This document shows positions 27,201-37,400 of a stretch of DNA of 64,000 bases, in pieces. The DNA lies in IMG/VR virus record IMGVR_UViG_3300008259_000347, positions 1 to 64,000 of that record; one strand, 5' to 3'. The position numbers and the translations under genes were made by a program. The notes under the pieces were generated by a model. The model ran no database searches. It saw only the letters and a program-made list of their open reading frames with translations, and had not been told where the DNA came from. Numbering within the stretch: the first letter of the stretch is position 1; each line of letters opens with the position of its first letter. The stretch is from a virus.

Positions 27201-30200
27201 TATGTTTGGATATGCTGGCAGTACTAGATTAGAGTATCTTGTCGAAGACGGAAGATTCCAAAGAATATTTTCTATTTCAAGATCATTTAGTCTAAGTTCT
27301 TTAAGCAACAAAGCAGTTTACGTTTATAGAAATGGCGAGCAATTAATTGAAGGGCAGGATTATGTATTCGGCAACGACGATGTATTTTTTAATATTATCG
27401 GCGAATTGAATGATGATGACATAATTGAAGTTTATGAATATGAGAGCACAGACGGAAGTTTTTGCCCACCAACACCTACTAAATTAGGATTATATCCTAA
27501 ATTTAAACCTAGAATATATGTTGACGACACTTACTTAGAGCCAAGAACAGTTATACAAGGTCACGATGGTAGTATTACATTAGCCTATGGCGATTACAGA
27601 GATGATCTGTTGTTAGAATTAGAACTAAGAATTTATAATAATTGTAAACAAGCATACGATCCAAGTATGTTTGACATCTACGATTATATTCCTGGATATA
27701 GTAGAAAAACTGCTTACACTAAAGAAGAATTTGAACGTGTACTCAGTCCTAGCTTTTTTCAATGGACTAACAATATAAATCAAGATTTTACTAAGCAGAC
27801 CTACTGGGATAGAGAAGAACCTTTTACATTTAACTATAGAGGAAATTATTATCCAGACGGCACAGATAGTCAGGCCTTTTGGAGAGGAATTTATGCGTGG
27901 TTGTTTGACACAGATAGGCCACACACTAATCCATGGGAGTGTTTAGGATTTAGTATTGAACCTTCATGGTGGCAAGAAGTTTACGGACCTGCTCCTTATA
28001 CTAAAGACAACCAATTATTATGGGAAGATCTTTCACAAGGTATTATTAGAGAGCCAGGTTTACCTCCAAGATATCATTCAAAATTTGCTAGACCTTTGAT
28101 AATAAATCCTCCAGTAGATGAGTTAGGTAACTTAATTAATCCTTTAGACACTAACTATGTGTCAGGACCAATAAAATCTACTGCTGAAGGTTTTTATGCT
28201 TTCGGAGACAGAAGTCCGGTTGAATCAGCTTGGCGTAGAAGCAGTTATTATCCCTTCGCAATAATTAAAACAATATTACTACTTTGTCCTAACACTGTAA
28301 TGTCAGTGTGCTTTGATAGAAGTAGACAGATTAGAAATAAAACTAATCAAATAGTCTATCAACCAACCGGCTTAAGAATTAAGTTATCGGACATAGTATT
28401 ACCGTCTACTGTAAACAGCACTAGCAGAGTCTTTTCATCTGGGTTGATTAATTATATTGTTGATTATGCTACTTCAGATATAACATTTAAAATTGACGAA
28501 TATAAAGAAGATTTACAATTATTAACTAATAAAATTTCTTATAGACTAGGCGGATTTACTAGTAAAAATAAATTTAATATTTTATTAGACAGTAAAAATC
28601 CTACAAGTTCAGGCGGCGTTTTTGTTCCTGATGACAATTTTAACGTATTCTTAAATGTATCTAGTCCTGTTAAAAAACTAGCATACAGTGGTGTAATTGT
28701 CAGTAAGTTTTCAGACGGCTACGAACTCAGAGGATACAATGTTGATGAACCTTTCTTTACTTACTATTCATTTAGACAAAATGATAGAACTATAAGAATT
28801 GGAGGAATATCAGAAAGTTATATTGAATGGGATACTAATAAAACTTATGTAGCAGGTAAAATTGTTTCTAACGGCAATGTGTATTACAGAGTTAAAACTA
28901 CACATCAATCTGGCGACGTGTTCGATGAAAATCTATATGCTAGGTTGCCAGGTCTTCCAATGATTGGTGGAACCGAAGCTATCTTAAGAAAGAGCTGGGA
29001 TAAAAATCAAGAATTATATCTTGCTTATGGAACTCGATTGACTACAATTCAAGAAGTAGTTGATTTTCTACAAGGATACGGAGCCTATCTAGAAGAACAA
29101 GGTTTCGTCTTCGATCAATATAATCCACAAATAAAAGCAGTTGCTAATTGGGAAAACAGTGTTAACGAATTCCTATTCTGGACTACACAAAGTTGGGGAG
29201 AAGGTTCTGCTATTTCGTTAAGCCCCGCAGCTACTAAGCTGATAATTTCTAGCGAAAAGTCAGTAGTTGATGATATTAGAAATACTTTTTACGGATATAA
29301 AATTTTTAGAGTAGACGGGCAATTATTGCCTGCTGATTTTACTAGTACATTTAGAGAAGATACAACTTTTACTCTAGTTCCTGAAAATACTGCTCACGGA
29401 ATTTATGGTGGTATTTTTTATCTAGTACAAAAAGAACATGTATTATTGTTAGATAATACTACATTGTTTAATGATGTAATCTATGATCAGGAACCTGGGT
29501 ATAGACAAGAACGTGTTAAGGTTATAGGCTATGTGACCACAGACTGGAATGGTGGGTTTGATATTCCTGGATTTATATTCGATCAAGCTATTATACAAGA
29601 TTACGAGCCTTGGACAGATTATAATCTAGGCGATATTGTCAAATACAAAGAATATTATTATAGTGCTAAAAAATTTGTAGTAGGAGCAGAGTCATTTTCT
29701 TCAGATGAATGGACATTGCTAAGAGAAAAACCAACTCCAACATTATTACCTAATTGGGACTACAGGGCAGAACAATTTACAGATTTTTACGATTTAGATA
29801 CTGATAACTTTGATAGCGAGCAGCAGAGAATGGCGCAGCACTTGATTGGTTATCAAAATCGTCAATATCTTGAGAATATTATTAAAGACGATGTCAGCCA
29901 GTATAAATTTTATCAAGGCATGATTATAGAAAAAGGCACGCAGAATGTTCTTAATAAGTTGTTTGATGTATTAAGTGCTGACAATCAAGAAAGTCTAACA
30001 TTTAATGAAGAATGGGCTGTACGTGTTGGAGAGTACGGAGCAAGTAATGTATTTGATGAAGTTGAATTTAAATTAGACGAATCATCATTCAAATTAAATC
30101 CACAACCTATACAGTTGGTAAATGAAATATCTACAAATACTGATTTAATTTATCGTATACGTACAGGAGAAGTATATGTAAAGCCAGTGGGTTATAATAA

Positions 30201-31425
30201 TAATCCATGGCCCACTGCTAATGTAAAGAAAACATTAAGATCCCCTGGATATGTAAGATATGAAGATGTAAAACTAAACGTAAACACTCTTGATGATGCT
30301 ATCGTTAATGATATTGATACATTCGAAGAAGGCGATTATGTCTGGGCTGCTTTTGAAAATAGAGACTGGAATGTATATAGATTTACTAAGAATACTTTTA
30401 CAGTCGAAGACGTTGAGTATGCTGACGGAAAATTAACAATACAGTGTAATCAGTTTCCAAGTATGGTAGTGGGCGAAATTATCGGAATAACACACGCTGA
30501 TAAGATAAGCGGTTTTTATAAAATAGACAGTATTGATGCTAGAAAAATCACAATTAACACTATAATTAAAGACTGGAAGCCTCCGTTTACAGACAGTAGT
30601 CAGATATTAACATATAAATTTATTTCTAGTAGAGTTGATTCTATTGATAATGCTAATGAAAGTTTGCCTCCTTACATAAAAAATAAAGAACTTTTATGGG
30701 CAGATGTTGGTAGTAGAAATTTATCTTACAATGGTCAAGTTCCTTATACTGTATATTCTAATGAAAAGGTATTTTTAAGAACAGCTTTAGAAAACACTAC
30801 ACCTGGAACAGAATTACAATTTGGAACTAAAGTATCTATATCAAAGAATGGAAAATACTTAGCTTCATCTACCGCAGCAAATGAAGTTTATATTTTTGAA
30901 AAAGCCCCAGGAACTGATATATGGTTACAACAACAGTATATAACTCCTAATCTAAACTTAGCTAGTACAGTAAACTTAAACTTCGGAGCAGAAACTGCTT
31001 TTAGCTCTGACGGTAAATGGTTAGCTATTGCTGCTCCTACAGCATCTAGTATTAAAACAAACTGGAAAGGAGATTTTAATGCTAGTAGTTCTTACGCATT
31101 CGGGGACATGGTACAGATTCGAAACACACATTTTAGTGCTAGAATAAGTTATGCGGGAGATGGATCGAGTATAGACAGATTCAGCCAAGATTGGGCACCA
31201 GCATATCTTGTTACCACAGAAGAATCTAAAACAGCAAATTCTAATGTAAATCAGGGGTATGTGAATTTATACATAAGAACCCCTGGCGGGCAATATAATC
31301 TATTCCATTCATTTGTAAGTCCAAATCCTACTACAGGCGAAAAGTTTGGATCAAAGATGACCTTTGCTAAAAACGGCAGTGAGTATGTGCTGGCTATCAC
31401 TAGTTCTGGTTACAATGAAAACTAA
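24271..31425 (+). CDS. Giant baseplate wedge protein (gp7-like position), N-terminal part
   Basis: 2384 aa directly after gp6 with a TAATG overlap. N-terminal LLPRFYRT...KFL; carbohydrate-binding-like W/Y repeats; FG-GAP-like blades at the end. Confidence 0.7.
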   Translation: MANNDQEESGLPIGGNEPRKTANLLPRFYRTSSNKKFLQATLDQLTQPGKVKKLNGFIGRQNAKAAKSDDIYIAATDKNRQDYQLEPAAVIQDKFENVTFYKDYNDFINQVNVFGGDVKNHERLNKQESYSWNPHVDWDKFVNFQNYYWLAYGPDVIKVFGQQLEIESTYTVDLVDEDDNYAFLFSPNGLTRNPILRLFRGQTYNFTVNSPGNPFSFKLSRTGSDLDRYTKGVSAFAVEEGVITFKVRKDAPDLLYYVNEKDPTAGGVIQILDIEENTFLDLQKDILGKKDYTLTSGIKLSNGMKLNFEGNVSPAEYKEGNWYVDGVGTGITLIPESALEIISTYTEESELLFDDTAFDKDPFSVASAYPRDNDYIVMARGSKDRNPWSRYNRWFHGDVIKVSAEANGKIPDTDQSLRATRPIIEFEANLKLYNFGHVAKKDIDLIDTFTTDVFSTIEGTAGYNVDGIDLAPNMRVLFTADKDRLVKDKIFKVNFVTITIPQRQIEFVTDSTVNPNTDIITFASDHFLSTGSQVTYLNNGNDSINGLTNRQQYYVFVVSATQIKLFTDSKLTKQVDLLSRGTGIHKFEVFSGRRRQINLVEEPDAAPLHYETVLVKLGNTYKGKMYWYNGADWKLAQTKTTVNQPIHFDIFDVDGNSYGDNSVYDGSTFNGNKIFSYKTGTGANDKVLGFPLSYKNINNVGDIVFTFDLLQGSFNYKTLTSLQSKRTDIGFVRKFSGLDTWTYENGWKKSEILNLQPVVRVFKESGLINDFPIDVYDNTDDLADLEVRVYVNERRLNREEYTLERGVVRFIVVLDNDVALTDIVTLRCFAKQPKNENGYYELPISLQNNPLNKNLESFTLGEVVDHVNSIVDNITDFKGVFPGNGNLRDLGNLTAYGSRVVQHSSPLNLPLYHLTKADINVVKSIIQAQEDYATFKRTFLITSGTTGVEMDARRHVDLILETMLKDKPKTSTYYLSDMFGYAGSTRLEYLVEDGRFQRIFSISRSFSLSSLSNKAVYVYRNGEQLIEGQDYVFGNDDVFFNIIGELNDDDIIEVYEYESTDGSFCPPTPTKLGLYPKFKPRIYVDDTYLEPRTVIQGHDGSITLAYGDYRDDLLLELELRIYNNCKQAYDPSMFDIYDYIPGYSRKTAYTKEEFERVLSPSFFQWTNNINQDFTKQTYWDREEPFTFNYRGNYYPDGTDSQAFWRGIYAWLFDTDRPHTNPWECLGFSIEPSWWQEVYGPAPYTKDNQLLWEDLSQGIIREPGLPPRYHSKFARPLIINPPVDELGNLINPLDTNYVSGPIKSTAEGFYAFGDRSPVESAWRRSSYYPFAIIKTILLLCPNTVMSVCFDRSRQIRNKTNQIVYQPTGLRIKLSDIVLPSTVNSTSRVFSSGLINYIVDYATSDITFKIDEYKEDLQLLTNKISYRLGGFTSKNKFNILLDSKNPTSSGGVFVPDDNFNVFLNVSSPVKKLAYSGVIVSKFSDGYELRGYNVDEPFFTYYSFRQNDRTIRIGGISESYIEWDTNKTYVAGKIVSNGNVYYRVKTTHQSGDVFDENLYARLPGLPMIGGTEAILRKSWDKNQELYLAYGTRLTTIQEVVDFLQGYGAYLEEQGFVFDQYNPQIKAVANWENSVNEFLFWTTQSWGEGSAISLSPAATKLIISSEKSVVDDIRNTFYGYKIFRVDGQLLPADFTSTFREDTTFTLVPENTAHGIYGGIFYLVQKEHVLLLDNTTLFNDVIYDQEPGYRQERVKVIGYVTTDWNGGFDIPGFIFDQAIIQDYEPWTDYNLGDIVKYKEYYYSAKKFVVGAESFSSDEWTLLREKPTPTLLPNWDYRAEQFTDFYDLDTDNFDSEQQRMAQHLIGYQNRQYLENIIKDDVSQYKFYQGMIIEKGTQNVLNKLFDVLSADNQESLTFNEEWAVRVGEYGASNVFDEVEFKLDESSFKLNPQPIQLVNEISTNTDLIYRIRTGEVYVKPVGYNNNPWPTANVKKTLRSPGYVRYEDVKLNVNTLDDAIVNDIDTFEEGDYVWAAFENRDWNVYRFTKNTFTVEDVEYADGKLTIQCNQFPSMVVGEIIGITHADKISGFYKIDSIDARKITINTIIKDWKPPFTDSSQILTYKFISSRVDSIDNANESLPPYIKNKELLWADVGSRNLSYNGQVPYTVYSNEKVFLRTALENTTPGTELQFGTKVSISKNGKYLASSTAANEVYIFEKAPGTDIWLQQQYITPNLNLASTVNLNFGAETAFSSDGKWLAIAAPTASSIKTNWKGDFNASSSYAFGDMVQIRNTHFSARISYAGDGSSIDRFSQDWAPAYLVTTEESKTANSNVNQGYVNLYIRTPGGQYNLFHSFVSPNPTTGEKFGSKMTFAKNGSEYVLAITSSGYNEN

Positions 31426-34400
31426 TGCCAGCGGCTGGCAGCTATTAGACAATATTAATATTCTAGGATATTTTCCTCAGGAAGTTGTATCTAATGCTGT
31501 GGATAGAACTCCTATTGTCATTACAAATATTTTACCAAATACACCAGCTGCGTTGCCTGGGAAAAAAATTACACGAGCCACAGTATATTATGCCGCCCAA
31601 GGTACCGCTCCTTTTGTAGCAGGCCAGTTTGTAGAAATTAGAGCAGTTGTACCGTTTGATTATAACGGAGATTGGTTAGTAATTAGTAGCACTACGACAC
31701 AAACTGTTATTGAATGTACCTTACTGGATAAACTACCAGGAACAAGTATTACCCATCCGAAATATATTTTTGTTTCAGGTGGTGTAATTACTTCAGCTAT
31801 AATTTCACCAACTAAAGAACAAAATGTAGAATCTGTTCTGGCTGGGGATCTATTCGGATACGACATGAAAATGTCCGGCGACGGAAGCAAATTAGTAATT
31901 AGTGCTCCGAACGCAGATCAAAACACATACACGAATTACAAAGGCACATTTAGATCAACAGAAAAGTATGACCTAAATGATGTAGTGTATTATCCTGGAG
32001 GTGTCGACCCAGCGGGGTATTATAGGTATAATGTTACTTTTGATAGTTCAGTGGCAGGATCGTTTGATAGTACACAATGGACTTTAATATCTAATACTAT
32101 AAACAAGAATACAGGAAAAATATTTACTTACGAGTATGATGGCGATGCTTATGTATTAATTGATACACTGGGTGCTCAAAATCTTAATTTAGAATTAGAA
32201 GAAAGATTTGGAGAAAGTCTTAGTATATCAGACTCTGGAAGTCACTTAGCAGTTGGTTCTTCTTTATATACTGGTAAGTTTTCTAATCAAGGTGCTGTAA
32301 AAATATTTGAAGCATATTCTGGCTCTTGGTCTTTATATCAAAATTTAACCAGTGCTATACCGGGAACTAATCATAAATTTGGACATTATGTAGAGTTTAT
32401 GAATGATGCTGATACTTTAGTTGTATACAGTCCAAACGCTGATATAAAAAATGAAACTACTTTTGATAATTCTACTACTGGATTTGATAATAGTACATTA
32501 AGAATTATTGATTTACAAGTGTTAACTGGGCGTGTTGATATTTTTGACAAATATAATACTAACTATATTTTTGGAGAAAGTCTAACCACAGCATCTTACA
32601 ATGATACTACAGATGGATACGGAACCAGTATATCTGTAGGTTCAAACAACCTAGCAGTATCTGCTCCTAGAGAAGAAGATCAAATCTATAAAGATTCAGG
32701 AATAATTTATACCTATAGAAAGCCATCAGGTAAAACTAGCTGGACTACCTTACATTATGAACGTGCTAGACCAAATGTGTATCAAATTAAAAAAGCATTT
32801 TTATATAATCGTAGAGAAAACATCTTAATAAAATATCTTGATATTGTAGATCCTATCCAAGGAAAAATTCCTGGACCAGCTGATCAAGAAATTAAATTTA
32901 AAACATACTTTGATCCAGCTACTTATTCAGTAGGAGATACTAGAGTAAATGTCGATGATGGTATGGCATGGACTAATATCAATGTTGGAACATTGTGGTG
33001 GGATTTAACCAACGCTAAGTTCTTGGAAAATCAAGGCGGCGAGATTATATTTAGATCTACTACATGGAACACATTGTATGAAACAGCCAGCGTTGACATT
33101 TACGAGTGGACTGAAAGTAAATTATTACCTTCAGAAAGAGACAAAATTGCGGACACTGAAAAAGGTTTAATTTCAGGTATTAGCGGTAAATCTAAGTATG
33201 GAGATAGTGTTTATAGTATAAAGAAAAAGTATGACACTATAAGCAAGACATTTACTAACACCTATTACTATTGGGTAAAAAACAGCACTATTGTTCCTAA
33301 CAAAGAAGGTAGAATTTTACCAGCAGAATCTATTTCAAGATTAATTTCTGATCCAAAGAGTTACGGGTATCCATGTTTAGCACTACTAGGACCTGATAGC
33401 TTTAGTTTAGTAAACTGCGATAGCTACTTAAAAGATAAAGATATTGTATTAAGTGTTCAATATTGGATCACTGACAACAAAGAAGGTAATGCTCACACAC
33501 AGTGGAAAATCATAAGTGAAAATATTAACACAGTTATTCCTTATGAAATAGAGCAAAAATGGTTAGACAGTTTGTTAGGTAAAGACAAAAATGGTCGCAC
33601 CGTACCAGATCTCAGATTACCAGTAAAACAACGTTTTGGTATTGAAAACAGACCAAGACAAAGTATGTTCTTGAATAGAATAGAAGCTCTTAAACAGTTT
33701 ATTGAACGTACAAATACTGTACTAAAAGATAATTTAATTGTTGACGAATTTGATTTAACACCTTTGGCTAGATTTGAAGAAAAACCCAGTGCTGTAACTG
33801 GATTATGGGACGTTACAATCGATACAGATCCAGAATTAAGATTTGTAGGTACTAGTCAATTATCGCAAATTGCGTTATCTCCTGTGATTGAAAATGGTAA
33901 AATTATTGACGTGGAAGTAATTAGTCCCGGTAAAGGCTATGTAAATTCTCCTCCAGTTCGTATAACTGGTAAAGGCACAGGAGCGGAAATTAAGATTATT
34001 CTTTCTGATACTGGATCTGTACAGACAGTTGAAATTTTATCACAAGGCATTGGATATAAAAACGACACTGTATTAACAGTTCGTCCTTTTAGTGTGTTAG
34101 TCTTAAGCGATAGCGAAAGTTATGATAAGTGGACAATTTATCACTATAATAGATTAGACAGGTCGTGGAGTAAAGCCAGAACACAAACTTTTGATGTGAC
34201 TAAATTCTGGAATTATATTGATTGGTATTCATCTAATTATAATCAGTTTACTAAAGTAAATCATATTGTAGAAAATACCTACGAGTTGGCTTCATTAGAA
34301 TCTAATATAGGCAGTATTGTAAAAGTTAAGAATGTAGGATCTGGCGGGTGGTTATTGCTTGAGAAATACAGTAATGTTGTAACCATTGATTATACACAAA

Positions 34401-37400
34401 ATTATAGAGTGGTTGGAAGACAGAATGGAACTATTAAATTCTTAGATTTACTATATAACTTTAAAAACCAATCTTTAGGATTTGATGGACCTCTTTACGA
34501 TTCTGACCAGTACGACACTGTGCCTACAACAGAATTATCTATAATCTTAGATACAATTAAGACAAAGATATTAGTAGATAATTTAAGAGTAGAATATCTA
34601 AAACTATTCTTTGCCAGCGTAAGATATGCTTTATATGAACAGCCTTTCTTAGATTGGGCTATGAAGACTAGCTTTGTAAAAGCCACTCATAATGCCGGCG
34701 AATTGAAACAAAAAATTACTTTTAACAGTGATAATTTAGAAGATTTTGAAAATTATGTTAAAGAAGTAAAACCATTCAGAACAAAGGTTAGAGAATATGT
34801 CAGTGCTTATACTAGAGTAGAAAATGCTCCACTGTCAGTAACAGACTTTGATTTGCCGCCAATTATCGACGATGATTTTAAAATTCTTCCTTTGAGTGCT
34901 GTACTTAGTGAAAATTATTCTATAGGATCTTCGTATGCTCAACTACTTGATTATCCTTGGAGACATTGGTATGATAATGCCAGTTACAGTGTAGAAACAC
35001 TGGAACTTGTAGACGGTGGTACAGGGTATGTTGAACCTCCTGTAGTTAAAATAATAGACGATTATGGTATAGTAACTTCTACTAACGAGTTAAAATCTAA
35101 TTTTGATGGTCCTAATAGTTTTTGGATTTTAGAAGAAGGCACTATGAAGATTGTGGCTACCGGCTTGCCGTACCACAGTTACGGTAATCAAGAAGCTGAA
35201 CACGTAGCCACAGATCAAGGGTATAGTCAAATTTTACCTTTAAGAGGCGGCACGTATACAGCTGGCGGACACGCTGATATTCCAGAAGGTATCATAGGAT
35301 ATTGGTTAAATGGAGTAGCAGTATATAATCCTAGTGCTGAAAATCTTGCTCCTCAAGGTTTAGAATCTATAACAGATTACAATTATAATGCTGCTTATGC
35401 TAGTACTCAAGTATTAGAATACACATTTAATCAGGATCAAACAGGAGGCATAGCAGATCAAGACGGACGATATTCTTATAGAGATTTTAGTTTTAGAAGT
35501 GCTTGGTTATCTGGTATCGGTAACGATTTAGGAGATATCGATAGAATAGACACATCTGAAATTCCTTATCTAAGATCCGGCCTCGAACATGCTGACGGAC
35601 ACAGTAAAATATTAGGGTTTGCTTTAGATGGTTACCCAATATATGGACCTAACGGTTACAGTTTAGCTACAGATCCTACAAGCGGAATTTCTAGAATGAC
35701 TTCTAGTTATGATTTAAAAGTTCCATCTTATAGAACAGGTGTGATAGCAGATTTACAAACATATCCTATGGGCATGTTTATACAAGACTATACATACACA
35801 GGTAACGGAACCTTAGACAAACACAACGGAAGATATTGTATTACTCCTGATTATCCTAACGGAACTTATGCTTATTTTGTTACTACAACAAATGCTGGAA
35901 CTCCAGTTTATCCTTATGTAGTTGGACCAACTTTCTTTGGAGATGCTGCTCCTCAAGATCGTAATGATGCTAGCAATGGAAAAGGAACACCTCCAAGAAC
36001 TTATAGTATCTTTAACAGTAAAGCTATTCAAGCTACAGCTAAGGCTTATATTACTAATGGTAAAGTTACCAGAATCACATTAATTACTGCTGGTTCTGGT
36101 TATTTAAAAGCTCCTAGGGTAGAGTTTGATGGCGGGTTAGACACTAATATTATTCATAGGCCTGCTCAAGCAGTGGCCATGTTAAAGAGTAATGTGGTTA
36201 GATCTAATAAAATAGTAATTAAGTTTGATAGAATAACCAGAAATTATGTTGTTACTGAGTTGTCGCAAACAGAAACATTTACAGGAACAGGTAGTAGAAA
36301 ACAATTTGCGTTAAGATTTAGTCCAGTGCTAACTGTTGGTAATACTATAGTCAAAATAAATGGCAATGAAATTCTAAGAGATGATTACGCATTGTCTGTT
36401 AAGAAAACCACAGTAAAAGGATTTACAAGTTATTACGGTGTCCTTACTTTCGAAAATGCTCCTGTTGTTAATAGTAGTATAGAAATCACTTACGATAAGA
36501 ATTTTGAACATTTATCTGCTGCTGATAGAATTAATTTCTATTACAATCCGCAAACTGGCCAATTAGGTAAAGACCTAGCACAGTTAATGACAGGTATTGA
36601 TTATGGCGGCGTAATCGTCAGCGGATTAGGATTAAGTCTAGGCGGCGGTTGGGATAGTCAACCTTGGTTTAACGACGGCTGGGATTCTTATGACGTAGGA
36701 TTTACTGATTACATCGTTACTGTGAGCGATAGTACTTACGTATATGATTTACCTTATACTCCTGCTATAGGAGAACAAATTAACGTCTATGTAAATGGTG
36801 TAAGAATTGATGACGAGTATTTTGACAGTTACAATGGTGTAACAGTACAACCTAACGGTAGAACTAGTGCTCCTGAAGGTAGGGCAATGCAGACTTGGAC
36901 AGGTGACGGATTAAGTAAAACCATAGAATTACCAAATCTGACCAGTGCTGTACCAGTCGATATTAATACTGGCGACAAAGTAATTTTCCGTAAGAGTACT
37001 AGTGATGGTAGTATTAACCCAGATCCAAAGAGTTTTGATACTCAACTACAAGGCGGAAATTTAAGTTATACAACTGCCACAGGATTTGCTCCTGATGATA
37101 TTTTAGTAGAAGGTGGTGGTAGATTTATTACTCCTGAAACTAGTCATGCTCCAGAAGAAATAGTGCCTGGACATATTACTGACACACTGAATATTAAGGT
37201 ATTCAGAGTACCTCGTTCAGGTTCATCTACGATTGTAAGTAAAAATTACATTTGTGACGGTGTAACTACTGAATTCAGTATCGGACAATTTCCTAACAAT
37301 ACAGCAGGAGTGTTTGTTAACTTAGATAATGTTATTTTACAATTAGACACAGACTATACTATTGACTGGCAATCAAAGACAGTGAATATGATTGTAGCAC

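Noticed and set aside
31423-31448. TAATG stop/start coupling as the start of the second giant ORF
   Set aside because: The ATG at 31425 is in a different frame and closes after seven codons.
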